64,000 bases of DNA from NCBI GenBank assembly GCA_964276515.1, contig OZ193910.1, positions 8,370,001 to 8,434,000 of the forward strand, read 5' to 3'. How positions within the stretch are numbered: position 1 is the first letter of the stretch; each line of letters begins with the position of its first letter. Under the pieces are notes generated by a model. That model saw nothing but the letters and a program-made list of their open reading frames with translations. It had not been told where the DNA came from and made no database searches. Shown here in pieces: positions 42,830 to 58,000 of the stretch. A program made the position numbers and the translations under genes. Source of the stretch: Gordius albopunctatus (Eukaryota).

Positions 42830-45800
42830 AATCATCATCGCATAGAGCATGTTTCAAAAATTAAGCACTAACGTTGCGATACAACAAACTAATCGCAACA
42901 AAATAACGTTGTCTTTTCTCAAAATGATTGTTCTCGCAGCTTAAAACTTCTTTCTTAAGTCAATCGAGCATAAAAGGTTTCTCAAATTGGCTTACTTTAA
43001 TATATTTTTTCAAGCTCTTTTACATAAAATAACAAAAAATATATTTTTTCAGGATAAAATAATTCACAATTTTTTCCTTTCAACCATATTCAACTGATGA
43101 AAGTTGTTATTTTCAGACGTGATTTCCATGATAAAAAGTTAAAATTTATCAGAATTAGAGAACCATTACTTTTAAATCATCATCGCATAGAGCATGTTTC
43201 AAAAATTAAGCACTAACGTTGCGATACAACAAACTAATCGCAACAAAATAACGTTGTCTTTTCTCAAAATGATTGTTCTCGCAGCTTAAAACTTCTTTCT
43301 TAAGTCAATCGAGCATAAAAGGTTTCTCAAATTGGCTTACTTTAATATATTTTTTCAAGCTCTTTTACATAAAATAACAAAAAATATATTTTTTCAGGAT
43401 AAAATAATTCACAATTTTTTCCTTTCAACCATATTCAACTGATGAAAGTTGTTATTTTCAGACGTGATTTCCATGATAAAAAGTTAAAATTTATCAGAAT
43501 TAGAGAACCATTACTTTTAAATCATCATCGCATAGAGCATGTTTCAAAAATTAAGCACTAACGTTGCGATACAACTAACTAATCGCAACAATATAACGTT
43601 GTATTTTCTCAAAATGATTGTTCTCGCAGCTTAAAACTTCTTATAAGGAGTCGATCGAGATTAATAGGATTCTCAAATGATCTTACTTTTATATATTTTT
43701 TCAAGCTCTTTTACATAAAATAACAAAAAATATATTTTTTCAGGTTATAATAATTCACAATTTTTTTCCTTTCAACCATATTCAACCGATGAAAGTTGTT
43801 ATTTTCAGACGTGATTTCCATGATAAAAAGTTAAAATTTATCAGAATTAGAGAACTATTACTTTTAAATCATCATCGCATAGAGCATGTTTCAAAAATTA
43901 AGCACTCACGTTGCGATACAACAAACTAATCGCAACAAGATAACGTTGTCTTTTCGCAAAATGATAGTTCTCGCAGCTTGAAACATCTTATAAGGAGTCG
44001 ATCGAGAATAATAGGATTCTCAAATTAGCTTACTTTTATATATTTTATCAAGCTCTTTTACATAAAATAACAAAAAATATATTTTTTAGGTTAAAATAAT
44101 TCACAATTTTTTCCTTTCAACCATATTCAACCGATAAATGTTGTTATTTTCAGACGTGATTTCCATGATAAAAATTCAAAGTTTATCAGAATTAGAGAAC
44201 TGTTACTTTTAAATCATCATCGCATAGAGCATGTTTCAAAAATTAAGCACTAACGTTGCGATACAACAAACTAATCGCAACAAAATAACGTTGTCTTTTC
44301 TCAAAATGATTGTTCTCGCAGCTTAAAACTTCTTTCTTAAGTCAATCGAGCATAAAAGGTTTCTCAAATTAGCTTACTTTTATATATTTTATCAAGCTCT
44401 TTTACATAAAATAACAAAAAATATATTTTTTAGGTTAAAATAATTCACAATTTTTTCCTTTCAACCATATTCAACCGATAAAAGTTGTTATTTTCAGACG
44501 TGATTTCCATGATAAAAAGTTAAAATTTATCAGAATTAGAGAACCATTACTTTTAAATCATCATCGCATAGAGCATGTTTCAAAAATTAAGCACTAACGT
44601 TGCGATACAACTAACTAATCGAAACAATATAACGTTGTATTTTCTCAAAATGATTGTTCTCGCAGCTTAAAACTTCTTTCTGAAGTCGCTCGAGATTAAT
44701 AGGATTCTCAAATGAGCTTACTTTTATATATTTTTTCAAGCTCTTTTACATAAAATAACAAAAAATATATTTTTTCAGGTTATAATAATTCACAATTTTT
44801 TCCTTTCAACCATATTCAACCGATGAAAGTTGTTATTTTCAGACGTGATTTCCATGATAAAAAGTTAAAATTTATCAGAATTAGAGAACTATTACTTTTA
44901 AATCATCCATAGAGCATGTTTCAAAAATTAAGCACTCACGTTGCGATACAACAAACTAATCGCAACAAAATAACGTTGTCTTTTCTCAAAATGATTGTTC
45001 TCGCAGCTTAAAACTTCTTTCTGAAGTCGATCGAGATTAATAGGATTCTCAAATGAGCTTACTTTTATATATTTTTTCAAGCTCTTTTACATAAAATAAC
45101 AAAATAAATTTTTTTTCAGGTTAAAATAATTCACAATTTTTTCATTTCGGCCATATTCAACCGATGAAAGTTGTTATTTTCAGACGTGATTTCCACGATA
45201 AAAAGTCAAAATTTATCAGAATTAGAGAACCATTAGATTTAAATCATCATCGCATAGAGCATGTTTCAAAAATTAAGCACTAACGTTGCGATACAACTAA
45301 CTAATCGCAACAATATAACGTTGTCTTTTCTCAAAATGATTGTTCTCGCAGCTTAAAACTTCTTATAAGGAGTCGATCGAGATTAATAGGATTCTCAAAT
45401 CAGCTTACTTTTATATATTTTATCAAGCTCTTTTACATAAAATAACAAAAAATATATTGTTCAGGTTAAAATAATTCACAATTTTTTCCTTTCGACCATA
45501 TTCAACCGATAAATGTTGTTATTTTTAGACGTGATTTCCATGATAAAAAGTCAAAATTTATCAGAATTAGAGAACTGTTACTTTTAAATCATCATCGCAT
45601 AGAGCATGTTTCAAAAATTAAGCACTAACGTTGCGATACAACAAACTAATCGCAACAAAATAACGTTGTCTTTTCTCAAAATGATTGTTCTCGCAGCTTA
45701 AAACTTCTTTCTGAAGTCGATCGAGATTAATAGGATTCTCAAATGAGCTTACTTTTATATATTTTTTCAAGCTCTTTTACATAAAATAACAAAATAAATT

Positions 45801-48800
45801 TTTTTTCAGGTTAAAATAATTCACAATTTTTTCATTTCGGCCATATTCAACCGATGAAAGTTGTTATTTTCAGACGTGATTTCCACGATAAAAAGTCAAA
45901 ATTTATCAGAATTAGAGAACCATTAGATTTAAATCATCATCGCATAGAGCATGTTTCAAAAATTAAGCACTAACGTTGCGATACAACAAACTAATCGCAA
46001 CAAAATAACGTTGTCTTTTCTCAAAATGATTGTTCTCGCAGCTTAAAACTTCTTTCTTAAGTCAATCGAGCATAAAAGGTTTCTCAAATTGGCTTACTTT
46101 AATATATTTTTTCAAGCTCTTTTACATAAAATAACAAAAAATATATTTTTTCAGGATAAAATAATTCACAATTTTTTCCTTTCAACCATATTCAACTGAT
46201 GAAAGTTGTTATTTTCAGACGTGATTTCCATGATAAAAAGTTAAAATTTATCAGAATTAGAGAACCATTACTTTTAAATCATCATCGCATAGAGCATGTT
46301 TCAAAAATTAAGCACTAACGTTGCGATACAACAAACTAATCGCAACAAAATAACGTTGTCTTTTCTCAAAATGATTGTTCTCGCAGCTTAAAACTTCTTT
46401 CTTAAGTCAATCGAGCATAAAAGGTTTCTCAAATTGGCTTACTTTAATATATTTTTTCAAGCTCTTTTACATAAAATAACAAAAAATATATTTTTTCAGG
46501 ATAAAATAATTCACAATTTTTTCCTTTCAACCATATTCAACTGATGAAAGTTGTTATTTTCAGACGTGATTTCCATGATAAAAAGTTAAAATTTATCAGA
46601 ATTAGAGAACCATTACTTTTAAATCATCATCGCATAGAGCATGTTTCAAAAATTAAGCACTAACGTTGCGATACAACTAACTAATCGCAACAATATAACG
46701 TTGTATTTTCTCAAAATGATTGTTCTCGCAGCTTAAAACTTCTTATAAGGAGTCGATCGAGATTAATAGGATTCTCAAATGATCTTACTTTTATATATTT
46801 TTTCAAGCTCTTTTACATAAAATAACAAAAAATATATTTTTTCAGGTTATAATAATTCACAATTTTTTCCTTTCAACCATATTCAACCGATGAAAGTTGT
46901 TATTTTCAGACGTGATTTCCATGATAAAAAGTTAAAATTTATCAGAATTAGAGAACTATTACTTTTAAATCATCATCGCATAGAGCATGTTTCAAAAATT
47001 AAGCACTCACGTTGCGATACAACAAACTAATCGCAACAAGATAACGTTGTCTTTTCGCAAAATGATAGTTCTCGCAGCTTGAAACATCTTATAAGGAGTC
47101 GATCGAGAATAATAGGATTCTCAAATTAGCTTACTTTTATATATTTTATCAAGCTCTTTTACATAAAATAACAAAAAATATATTTTTTAGGTTAAAATAA
47201 TTCACAATTTTTTCCTTTCAACCATATTCAACCGATAAATGTTGTTATTTTCAGACGTGATTTCCATGATAAAAATTCAAAGTTTATCAGAATTAGAGAA
47301 CTGTTACTTTTAAATCATCATCGCATAGAGCATGTTTCAAAAATTAAGCACTAACGTTGCGATACAACAAACTAATCGCAACAAAATAACGTTGTCTTTT
47401 CTCAAAATGATTGTTCTCGCAGCTTAAAACTTCTTTCTTAAGTCAATCGAGCATAAAAGGTTTCTCAAATTAGCTTACTTTTATATATTTTATCAAGCTC
47501 TTTTACATAAAATAACAAAAAATATATTTTTTAGGTTAAAATAATTCACAATTTTTTCCTTTCAACCATATTCAACCGATAAAAGTTGTTATTTTCAGAC
47601 GTGATTTCCATGATAAAAAGTTAAAATTTATCAGAATTAGAGAACCATTACTTTTAAATCATCATCGCATAGAGCATGTTTCAAAAATTAAGCACTAACG
47701 TTGCGATACAACTAACTAATCGAAACAATATAACGTTGTATTTTCTCAAAATGATTGTTCTCGCAGCTTAAAACTTCTTTCTGAAGTCGCTCGAGATTAA
47801 TAGGATTCTCAAATGAGCTTACTTTTATATATTTTTTCAAGCTCTTTTACATAAAATAACAAAAAATATATTTTTTCAGGTTATAATAATTCACAATTTT
47901 TTCCTTTCAACCATATTCAACCGATGAAAGTTGTTATTTTCAGACGTGATTTCCATGATAAAAAGTTAAAATTTATCAGAATTAGAGAACTATTACTTTT
48001 AAATCATCATCGCATAGAGCATGTTTCAAAAATTAAGCACTCACGTTGCGATACAACAAACTAATCGCAACAAAATAACGTTGTCTTTTCTCAAAATGAT
48101 TGTTCTCGCAGCTTAAAACTTCTTTCTGAAGTCGATCGAGATTAATAGGATTCTCAAATGAGCTTACTTTTATATATTTTTTCAAGCTCTTTTACATAAA
48201 ATAACAAAATAAATTTTTTTTCAGGTTAAAATAATTCACAATTTTTTCATTTCGGCCATATTCAACCGATGAAAGTTGTTATTTTCAGACGTGATTTCCA
48301 CGATAAAAAGTCAAAATTTATCAGAATTAGAGAACCATTAGATTTAAATCATCATCGCATAGAGCATGTTTCAAAAATTAAGCACTAACGTTGCGATACA
48401 ACTAACTAATCGCAACAATATAACGTTGTCTTTTCTCAAAATGATTGTTCTCGCAGCTTAAAACTTCTTATAAGGAGTCGATCGAGATTAATAGGATTCT
48501 CAAATCAGCTTACTTTTATATATTTTATCAAGCTCTTTTACATAAAATAACAAAAAATATATTGTTCAGGTTAAAATAATTCACAATTTTTTCCTTTCGA
48601 CCATATTCAACCGATAAATGTTGTTATTTTTAGACGTGATTTCCATGATAAAAAGTCAAAATTTATCAGAATTAGAGAACTGTTACTTTTAAATCATCAT
48701 CGCATAGAGCATGTTTCAAAAATTAAGCACTAACGTTGCGATACAACAAACTAATCGCAACAAAATAACGTTGTCTTTTCTCAAAATGATTGTTCTCGCA

Positions 48801-49090
48801 GCTTAAAACTTCTTTCTGAAGTCGATCGAGATTAATAGGATTCTCAAATGAGCTTACTTTTATATATTTTTTCAAGCTCTTTTACATAAAATAACAAAAT
48901 AAATTTTTTTTCAGGTTAAAATAATTCACAATTTTTTCATTTCGGCCATATTCAACCGATGAAAGTTGTTATTTTCAGACGTGATTTCCACGATAAAAAG
49001 TCAAAATTTATCAGAATTAGAGAACCATTAGATTTAAATCATCATCGCATAGAGCATGTTTCAAAAATTAAGCACTAACGTTGCGATACA
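42830..49090. repeat. Higher-order tandem duplication, 9 monomers (~3101-3105-bp period), 2 copies
   Basis: TTCAAAGTTT 44181/47282 and GTCGCTCG 44689/47790 (offset 3101); TTCGACC 45494/48599 (offset 3105, after a 4-bp deletion near 44908 private to copy 1). Confidence 0.87.
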
Positions 49091-52000
49091 ACTAACTAAT
49101 CGCAACAATATAACGTTGTCTTTTCTCAAAATGATTGTTCTCGCAGCTTAAAACTTCTTATAAGGAGTCGATCGAGATTAATAGGATTCTCAAATCAGCT
49201 TACTTTTATATATTTTTTCAAGCTCTTTTACATAAAATAACAAAAAATATATTGTTCAGGTTAAAATAATTCACAATTTTTTCCTTTCGGCCATATTCAA
49301 CCGATGAAAGTTGTTATTTTCAGACGTGATTTCCATGATAAAAAGTCAAAATTTATCAGAATTAGAGAACTGTTACTTTTAAATCATCATCGCATAGAGC
49401 ATGTTTCAAAAATTAAGGACTAACGTTGCGATACAACAAACTAATCGCAACAAAATAACGTTGTCTTTTCTCAAAATGATTGTTCTCGCAGCTTAAAACT
49501 TCTTTCTGAAGTCGATCGAGATTAATAGGATTCTCAAATGAGCTTACTTTTATATATTTTTTCAAGCTCTTTTACATAAAATAACAAAATAAATTTTTTT
49601 TCAGGTTAAAATAATTCACAATTTTTTCATTTCGGCCATATTCAACCGATGAAAGTTGTTATTTTCAGACGTGATTTCCACGATAAAAAGTCAAAATTTA
49701 TCAGAATTAGAGAACCATTAGATTTAAATCATAATCGCATAGAGCATGTTTCAAAAATTAAGCACTAACGTTGCGATACAACTAACTAATCGCAACAATA
49801 TAACGTTGTCTTTTCTCAAAATGATTGTTCTCGCAGCTTAAAACTTCTTATAAGGAGTCGATCGAGATTAATAGGATTCTCAAATCAGCTTACTTTTATA
49901 TATTTTTTCAAGCTCTTTTACATAAAATAACAAAAAATATATTTTTCAGGTTTAAATAATTCACAATTTTTTCCTTTCAACCATATTCAACCGATGAAAG
50001 TTGTTATTTTCAGACGTGATTTCCATGATAAAAAGTTAAAATTTATCAGAATTAGAGAACCATTACTTTTAAATCATCATCGCATAGAGCATGTTTCAAA
50101 AATTAAGCACTAACGTTGCGATACAACTAACTAATCGCAACAATATAACGTTGTCTTTTCTCAAAATGATTGTTCTCGCAGCTTAAAACTTCTTATAAGG
50201 AGTCGATCGAGATTAATAGGATTCTCAAATCAGCTTACTTTTATATATTTTTTCAAGCTCTTTTACATAAAATAACAAAAAATATATTGTTCAGGTTAAA
50301 ATAATTCACAATTTTTTCCTTTCGGCCATATTCAACCGATGAAAGTTGTTATTTTCAGACGTGATTTCCATGATAAAAAGTCAAAATTTATCAGAATTAG
50401 AGAACCATTACTTTTAAATCATCATCGCATAGAGCATGTTTCAAAAATTAAGCACTAACGTTGCGATACAACTAACTAATCGCAACAAAATAACGTTGTC
50501 TTTTCTCAAAATGATTGTTCTCGCAGCTTAATACTTCTTTCTTAAGTCAATCGAGCATAAAAGGTTTCTCAAATTGGCTTACTTTAATATATTTTTTCAA
50601 GCTCTTTTACATAAAATAACAAAAAATATATTTTTTCAGGATAAAATAATTCACAATTTTTTCCTTCAACCATATTCAACCGATGAAAGTTGTTATTTTC
50701 AGACGTGATTTCCATGATAAAAAGTCAAAATTTATCAGAATTAGAGAACTGTTACTTTTAAATCATCATCGCATAGAGCATGTTTCAAAAATTAAGCACT
50801 AACGTTGCGATACAACAAACTAATCGCAACAAAATAACGTTGTCTTTTCTCAAAATGATTGTTCTCGCAGCTTAAAACTTCTTTCTTAAGTCAATCGAGC
50901 ATAAAAGGTTTCTCAAATTAGCTTACTTTTATATATTTTATCAAGCTCTTTTACATAAAATAACAAAAAATATATTTTTTAGGTTAAAATAATTCACAAT
51001 TTTTTCCTTTCAACCATATTCAACCGATAAAAGTTGTTATTTTCAGACGTGATTGCCATGATAAAAAGTTAAAATTTATCAGAATTAGAGAACCATTACT
51101 TTTAAATCATCATCGCATAGAGCATGTTTCAAAAATTAAGCACTAACGTTGCGATACAACTAACTAATCGAAACAATATAACGTTGTATTTTCTCAAAAT
51201 GATTGTTCTCGCAGCTTAAAACTTCTTTCTGAAGTCAATCGAGGATAAAAGGTTTCTCAAATCAGCTTACTTTTATATATTTTTTCAAGCTCTTTTACAT
51301 AAAATAACAAAAAATATATTTTTCAGGTTTAAATAATTCACAATTTTTTCCTTTCAACCATATTCAACCGATGAAAGTTGTTATTTTCAGACGTGATTTC
51401 CATGATAAAAAGTTAAAATTTATCAGAATTAGAGAACCATTACTTTTAAATCATCATCGCATAGAGCATGTTTCAAAAATTAAGCACTAACGTTGCGATA
51501 CAACTAACTAATCGCAACAATATAACGTTGTCTTTTCTCAAAATGATTGTTCTCGCAGCTTAAAACTTCTTATAAGGAGTCGATCGAGATTAATAGGATT
51601 CTCAAATGAGCTTACTTTTATATATTTTTTCAAGCTCTTTTACATAAAATAACAAAATAAATTTTTTTTCAGGTTAAAATAATTCACAATTTTTTCATTT
51701 CGGCCATATTCAACCGATGAAAGTTGTTATTTTCAGACGTGATTTACACGATAAAAAGTCAAAATTTATCAGAATTAGAGAACCATTAGATTTAAATCAT
51801 CATCGCATAGAGCATGTTTCAAAAATTAAGCACTAACGTTGCGATACAACTAACTAATCGCAACAATATAACGTTGTCTTTTCTCAAAATGATTGTTCTC
51901 GCAGCTTAAAACTTCTTATAAGGAGTCGATCGAGATTAATAGGATTCTCAAATCAGCTTACTTTTATATATTTTTTCAAGCTCTTTTACATAAAATAACA

Positions 52001-55000
52001 AAAAATATATTTTTCAGGTTTAAATAATTCACAATTTTTTCCATTCAACCATATACAACCGATGAAAGTTGTTATTTTCAGACGGGATTTCCATGATAAA
52101 AAGTTAAAATTTATCAGAATTAGAGAACCATTACTTTTAAATCATCATCGCATAGAGCATGTTTCAAAAATTAAGCACTAACGTTGCGATACAACTAACT
52201 AATCGCAACAATATAACGTTGTCTTTTCTCAAAATGATTGTTCTCGCAGCTTAAAACTTCTTATAAGGAGTCGATCGAGATTAATAGGATTCTCAAATCA
52301 GCTTACTTTTATATATTTTTTCAAGCTCTTTTACATAAAATAACAAAAAATATATTGTTCAGGTTAAAATAATTCACAATTTTTTCCTTTCGGCCATATT
52401 CAACCGATGAAAGTTGTTATTTTCAGACGTGATTTCCATGATAAAAAGTCAAAATTTATCAGAATTAGAGAACCATTACTTTTAAATCATCATCGCATAG
52501 AGCATGTTTCAAAAATTAAGCACTAACGTTGCGATACAACTAACTAATCGCAACAAAATAACGTTGTCTTTTCTCAAAATGATTGTTCTCGCAGCTTAAA
52601 ACTTCTTTCTTAAGTCAATCGAGCATAAAAGGTTTCTCAAATTGGCTTACTTTAATATATTTTTTCAAGCTCTTTTACATAAAATAACAAAAAATATATT
52701 TTTTCAGGATAAAATAATTCACAATTTTTTCCATTCAACCATATTCAACCGATGAAAGTTGTAATTTTCAGACGTGATTTCCATGATAAAAAGTTAAAAT
52801 TTATCAGAATTAGAGAACCATTACTTTTAAATCATCATCGCATAGAGCATGTTTCAAAAATTAAGCACTAACGTTGCGATAAAACTAACTAATCGCAACA
52901 ATATAACGTTGTCTTTTCTCAAAATGATTGTTCTCGCAGCTTAAAACTTCTTATAAGGAGTCGATCGAGATTAATAGGATTCTCAAATCAGCTTACTTTT
53001 ATATATTTTTTCAAGCTCTTTTACATAAAATAACAAAAAATATATTGTTCAGGTTAAAATAATTCACAATTTTTTCCTTTCGGCCATATTCAACCGATGA
53101 AAGTTGTTATTTTCAGACGTGATTTCCATGATAAAAAGTCAAAATTTATCAGAATTAGAGAACTGTTACTTTTAAATCATCATCGCATAGAGCATGTTTC
53201 AAAAATTAAGCCCTAACGTTGCGATACAACAAACTAATCGCAACAAAATAACGTTGTCTTTTCTCAAAATGATTGTTCTCGCAGCTTAAAACTTCTTTCT
53301 TAAGTCAATCGAGCATAAAAGGTTTCTCAAATTGGCTTACTTTAATATATTTTTTCAAGCTCTTTTACATAAAATAACAAAAAATATATTTTTTCAGGAT
53401 AAAATAATTCACAATTTTTTCCTTTCAACCATATTCAACTGATGAAAGTTTTATTTTCAGACGTTATTTCCATGATAAAAAGTTAAAATTTATCAGAATT
53501 AGAGAACCATTACTTTTAAATCATCATCGCATAGAGCATGTTTCAAAAATTAAGCACTAACGTTGCGATACAACTAACTAATCGCAACAAAATAACGTTG
53601 TCTTTTCTCAAAATGATTGTTCTCGCAGCTTAAAACTTCTTTCTTAAGTCAATCGAGCATAAAAGGTTTCTCAAATTGGCTTACTTTAATATATTTTTTC
53701 AAGCTCTTTTACATAAAATAACAAAAAATATATTTTTTCAGGATAAAATAATTCACAATTTTTTCCTTTCAACCATATTCAACTGATGAAAGTTGTTATT
53801 TTCAGACGTGATTTCCATGATAAAAAGTTAAAATTTATCAGAATTAGAGAACCATTACTTTTAAATCATCATCGCATAGAGCATGTTTCAAAAATTAAGC
53901 ACTAACGTTGCGATACAACGAACTAATCGCAACAATATAACGTTGTCTTTTCTCAAAATGATTGTTCTCGCAGCTTAAAACTTCTTATAAGGAGTCGATC
54001 GAGATTAATAGGATTCTCAAATCAGCTTACTTTTATATATTTTTTCAAGCTCTTTTACATAAAATAACAAAAAATATATTTTTCAGGTTAAAATAATTCA
54101 CAATTTTTTCCTTTCAACCATATTCAACCGATGAAAGTTGTTATTTTCAGACGTGATTTCCATGATAAAAAGTTAAAATTTATCAGAATTAGAGAACCAT
54201 TACTTTTAAATCATCATCGCATAGAGCATGTTTCAAAAATTAAGCACTAACGTTGCGATACAACTAACTAATCGCAACAATATAACGTTGTCTTTTCTCA
54301 AAATGATTGTTCTCGCAGCTTAAAACTTCTTATAAGGAGTCGATCGAGATTAATAGGATTCTCAAATCAGCTTACTTTTATATATTTTTTCAAGCTCTTT
54401 TACATAAAATAACAAAAAATATATTGTTCAGGTTAAAATAATTCACAATTTTTTCCTTTCGGCCATATTCAACCGATGAAAGTTGTTATTTTCAGACGTG
54501 ATTTCCATGATAAAAAGTCAATATTTATCAGAATTAGAGAACTGTTACTTTTAAATCATCATCGCATAGAGCATGTTTCAAAAATTAAGCACTAACGTTG
54601 CGATACAACTAACTAATCGCAACAATATAACGTTGTCTTTTCTCAAAATGATTGTTCTCGCAGCTTAAAACTTCTTTCTAAAGTCAATCGAGCATAAAAG
54701 GTTTCTCAAATTGGCTTACTTTAATATATTTTTTCAAGCTCTTTTACATAAAATAACAAAAAATATATTTTTTCAGGATAAAATAATTCACAATTTTTTC
54801 CTTTCAACCATATTCAACCGATGAAAGTTGTTATTTTCAGACGTGATTTCCATGATAAAAAGTTAAAATTTATCAGAATTAGAGAACTATTACTTTTAAA
54901 TCATCATCGCATAGAGCATGTTTCAAAAATTAAGCACTCACGTTGCGATACAACAAACTAATCGCAACAAGATAACGTTGTCTTTTCGCAAAATGATAGT

Positions 55001-58000
55001 TCTCGCAGCTTGAAACATCTTATAAGGAGTCGATCGAGAATAATAGGATTCTCAAATTAGCTTACTTTTATATATTTTATCAAGCTCTTTTACATAAAAT
55101 AACAAAAAATATATTTTTTAGGTTAAAATAATTCACAATTTTTTCCTTTCAACCATATTCAACCGATAAAAGTTGTTATTTTCAGACGTGATTTCCATGA
55201 TAAAAAGTTAAAATTTATCAGAATTAGAGAACCATTACTTTTAAATCATCATCGCATAGAGCATGTTTCAAAAATTAAGCACTAACGTTGCGATACAACT
55301 AACTAATCGCAACAATATAACGTTGTATTTTCTCAAAATGATTGTTCTCGCAGCTTAAAACTTCTTTCTGAAGTCAATCGAGGATAAAAGGTTTCTCAAA
55401 TCAGCTTACTTTTATATATTTTTTCAAGCTCTTTTACATAAAATAACGAAAAAATATATTTTTCAGGTTAAAATAATTCACAATTTTTTCCTTTCAACCA
55501 TATTCAACCGATGAAAGTTGTTATTTTCAGACGTGATTTCCATGATAAAAAGTTAAAATTTATCAGAATTAGAGAACCATTACTTTTAAATCATCATCGC
55601 ATAGAGCATGTTTCAAAAATTAAGCATTAACGTTGCGATACAACTAACTAATCGCAACAATATAACGTTGTCTTTTCTCAAAATGATTGTTCTCGCAGCT
55701 TAAAACTTCTTATAAGGAGTCGATCGAGATTAATAGGATTCTCAAATCAGCTTACTTTTATATATTTTTTCAAGCTCTTTTACATAAAATAACAAAAAAT
55801 ATATTGTTCAGGTTAAAATAATTCACAATTTTTTCCTTTCGGCCATATTCAACCGATGAAAGTTGTTATTTTCAGACGTGATTTCCATGATAAAAAGTCA
55901 AAGTTTATCAGAATTAGAGAACTGTTACTTTTAAATCATCATCGCATAGAGCATGTTTCAAAAATTAAGCACTAACGTTGCGATACAACAAACTAATCGC
56001 AACAAAATAACGTTGTCTTTTCTCAAAATGATTGTTCTCGCAGCTTAAAACTTCTTTCTTAAGTCAATCGAGCATAAAAGGTTTCTCAAATTGGCTTACT
56101 TTAATATATTTTTTCAAGCTCCTTTACATAAAATAACAAAAAATATATTTTTTCAGGATAAAATAATTCACAATTTTTTCCTTTCAACCATATTCAACTG
56201 ATGAAAGTTGTTATTTTCAGACGTGATTTCCATGATAAAAAGTCAAAATTTATCAGAATTAGAGAACTATTACTTTTAAATCATCATCGCATAGAGCATG
56301 TTTCAAAAATTAAGCACTAACGTTGCGATACAACTAATCGCAACAATATAACGTTGTCTTTTCTCAAAATGATTGTTCTCGCAGCTTAAAACTTCTTATA
56401 AGGAGTCGATCGAGATTAATAGGATTCTCAAATGAGCTTACTTTTATATATTTTTTCAAGCTCTTTTACATAAAATAACAAAAAATATATTGTTCAGGTT
56501 AAAATAATTCACAATTTTTTCCTTTCAACCATATTCAACCGATGAAAGTTGTTATTTTCAGACGTGATTTCCATGATAAAAAGTTAAAATTTATCAGAAT
56601 TAGAGAACCATTACTTTTAAATCATCATCGCATAGAGCATGTTTCAAAAATTAAGCACTAACGTTGCGATACAACTAACTAATCGCAACAATATAACGTT
56701 GTCTTTTCTCAAAATGATTGTTCTCGCAGCTTAAAACTTCTTATAAGGAGTCGATCGAGATTAATAGGATTTTCAAATCAGCTTACTTTTATATATTTTT
56801 TCAAGCTCTTTTACATAAAATAACAAAAAATATATTTTTCAGGTTAAAATAATTCACAATTTTTTCCTTTCAACCATATTCAACCGATAAAAGTTGTTAT
56901 TTTCAGACGTGATTGCCATGATAAAAAGTTAAAATTTATCAGAATTAGAGAACCATTACTTTTAAATCATCATCGCATAGAGCATGTTTCAAAAATTAAG
57001 CACTAACGTTGCGATACAACTAACTAATCGAAACAATATAACGTTGTATTTTCTCAAAATGATTGTTCTCGCAGGTTAAAACTTCTTTCTGAAGTCAATC
57101 GAGGATAAAAGGTTTCTCAAATCAGCTTACTTTTATATATTTTTTCAAGCTCTTTTACATAAAATAACAAAAAATATATTTTTCAGGTTTAAATAATTCA
57201 CAATTTTTTCCTTTCAACCATATTCAACCGATGAAAGTTGTTATTTTCAGACGTGATTTCCATGATAAAAAGTTAAAATTTATCAGAATTAGAGAACTAT
57301 TACTTTTAAATCATCATCGCATAGAGCATGTTTCAAAAATTAAGCACTAACGTTGCGATACAACTAACTAATCGCAACAATATAACGTTGTCTTTTCTCA
57401 AAATGATTGTTCTCGCAGCTTAAAACTTCTTATAAGGAGTCGATCGAGATTAATAGGATTCTCAAATCAGCTTACTTTTATATATTTTTTCAAGCTCTTT
57501 TACATAAAATAACAAAAAATATATTGTTCAGGTTAAAATAATTCACAATTTTTTCCTTTCGGCCATATTCAACCGATGAAAGTTGTTATTTTCAGACGTG
57601 ATTTCCATGATAAAAAGTTAAAATTTATCAGAATTAGAGAACCATTACTTTTAAATCATCATCGCATAGAGCATGTTTCAAAAATTAACCACTAACGTTG
57701 CGATACAACTAACTAATCGCAACTAAATAACGTTGTCTTTTCTCAAAATGATTGTTCTCGCAGCTTAAAACTTCTTTCTTAAGTCAATCGAGCATAAAAG
57801 GTTTCTCAAATTGGCTTACTTTTATATATTTTTTCAAGCTCTTTTACATAAAATAACAAAAAATATATTGTTCAGGTTAAAATAATTCACAATTTTTTCC
57901 TTTCAACCATATTCAACCGATGAAAGTTGTTATTTTCAGACGTGATTTCCATGATAAAAAGTTAAAATTTATCAGAATTAGAGAACCATTACTTTTAAAT

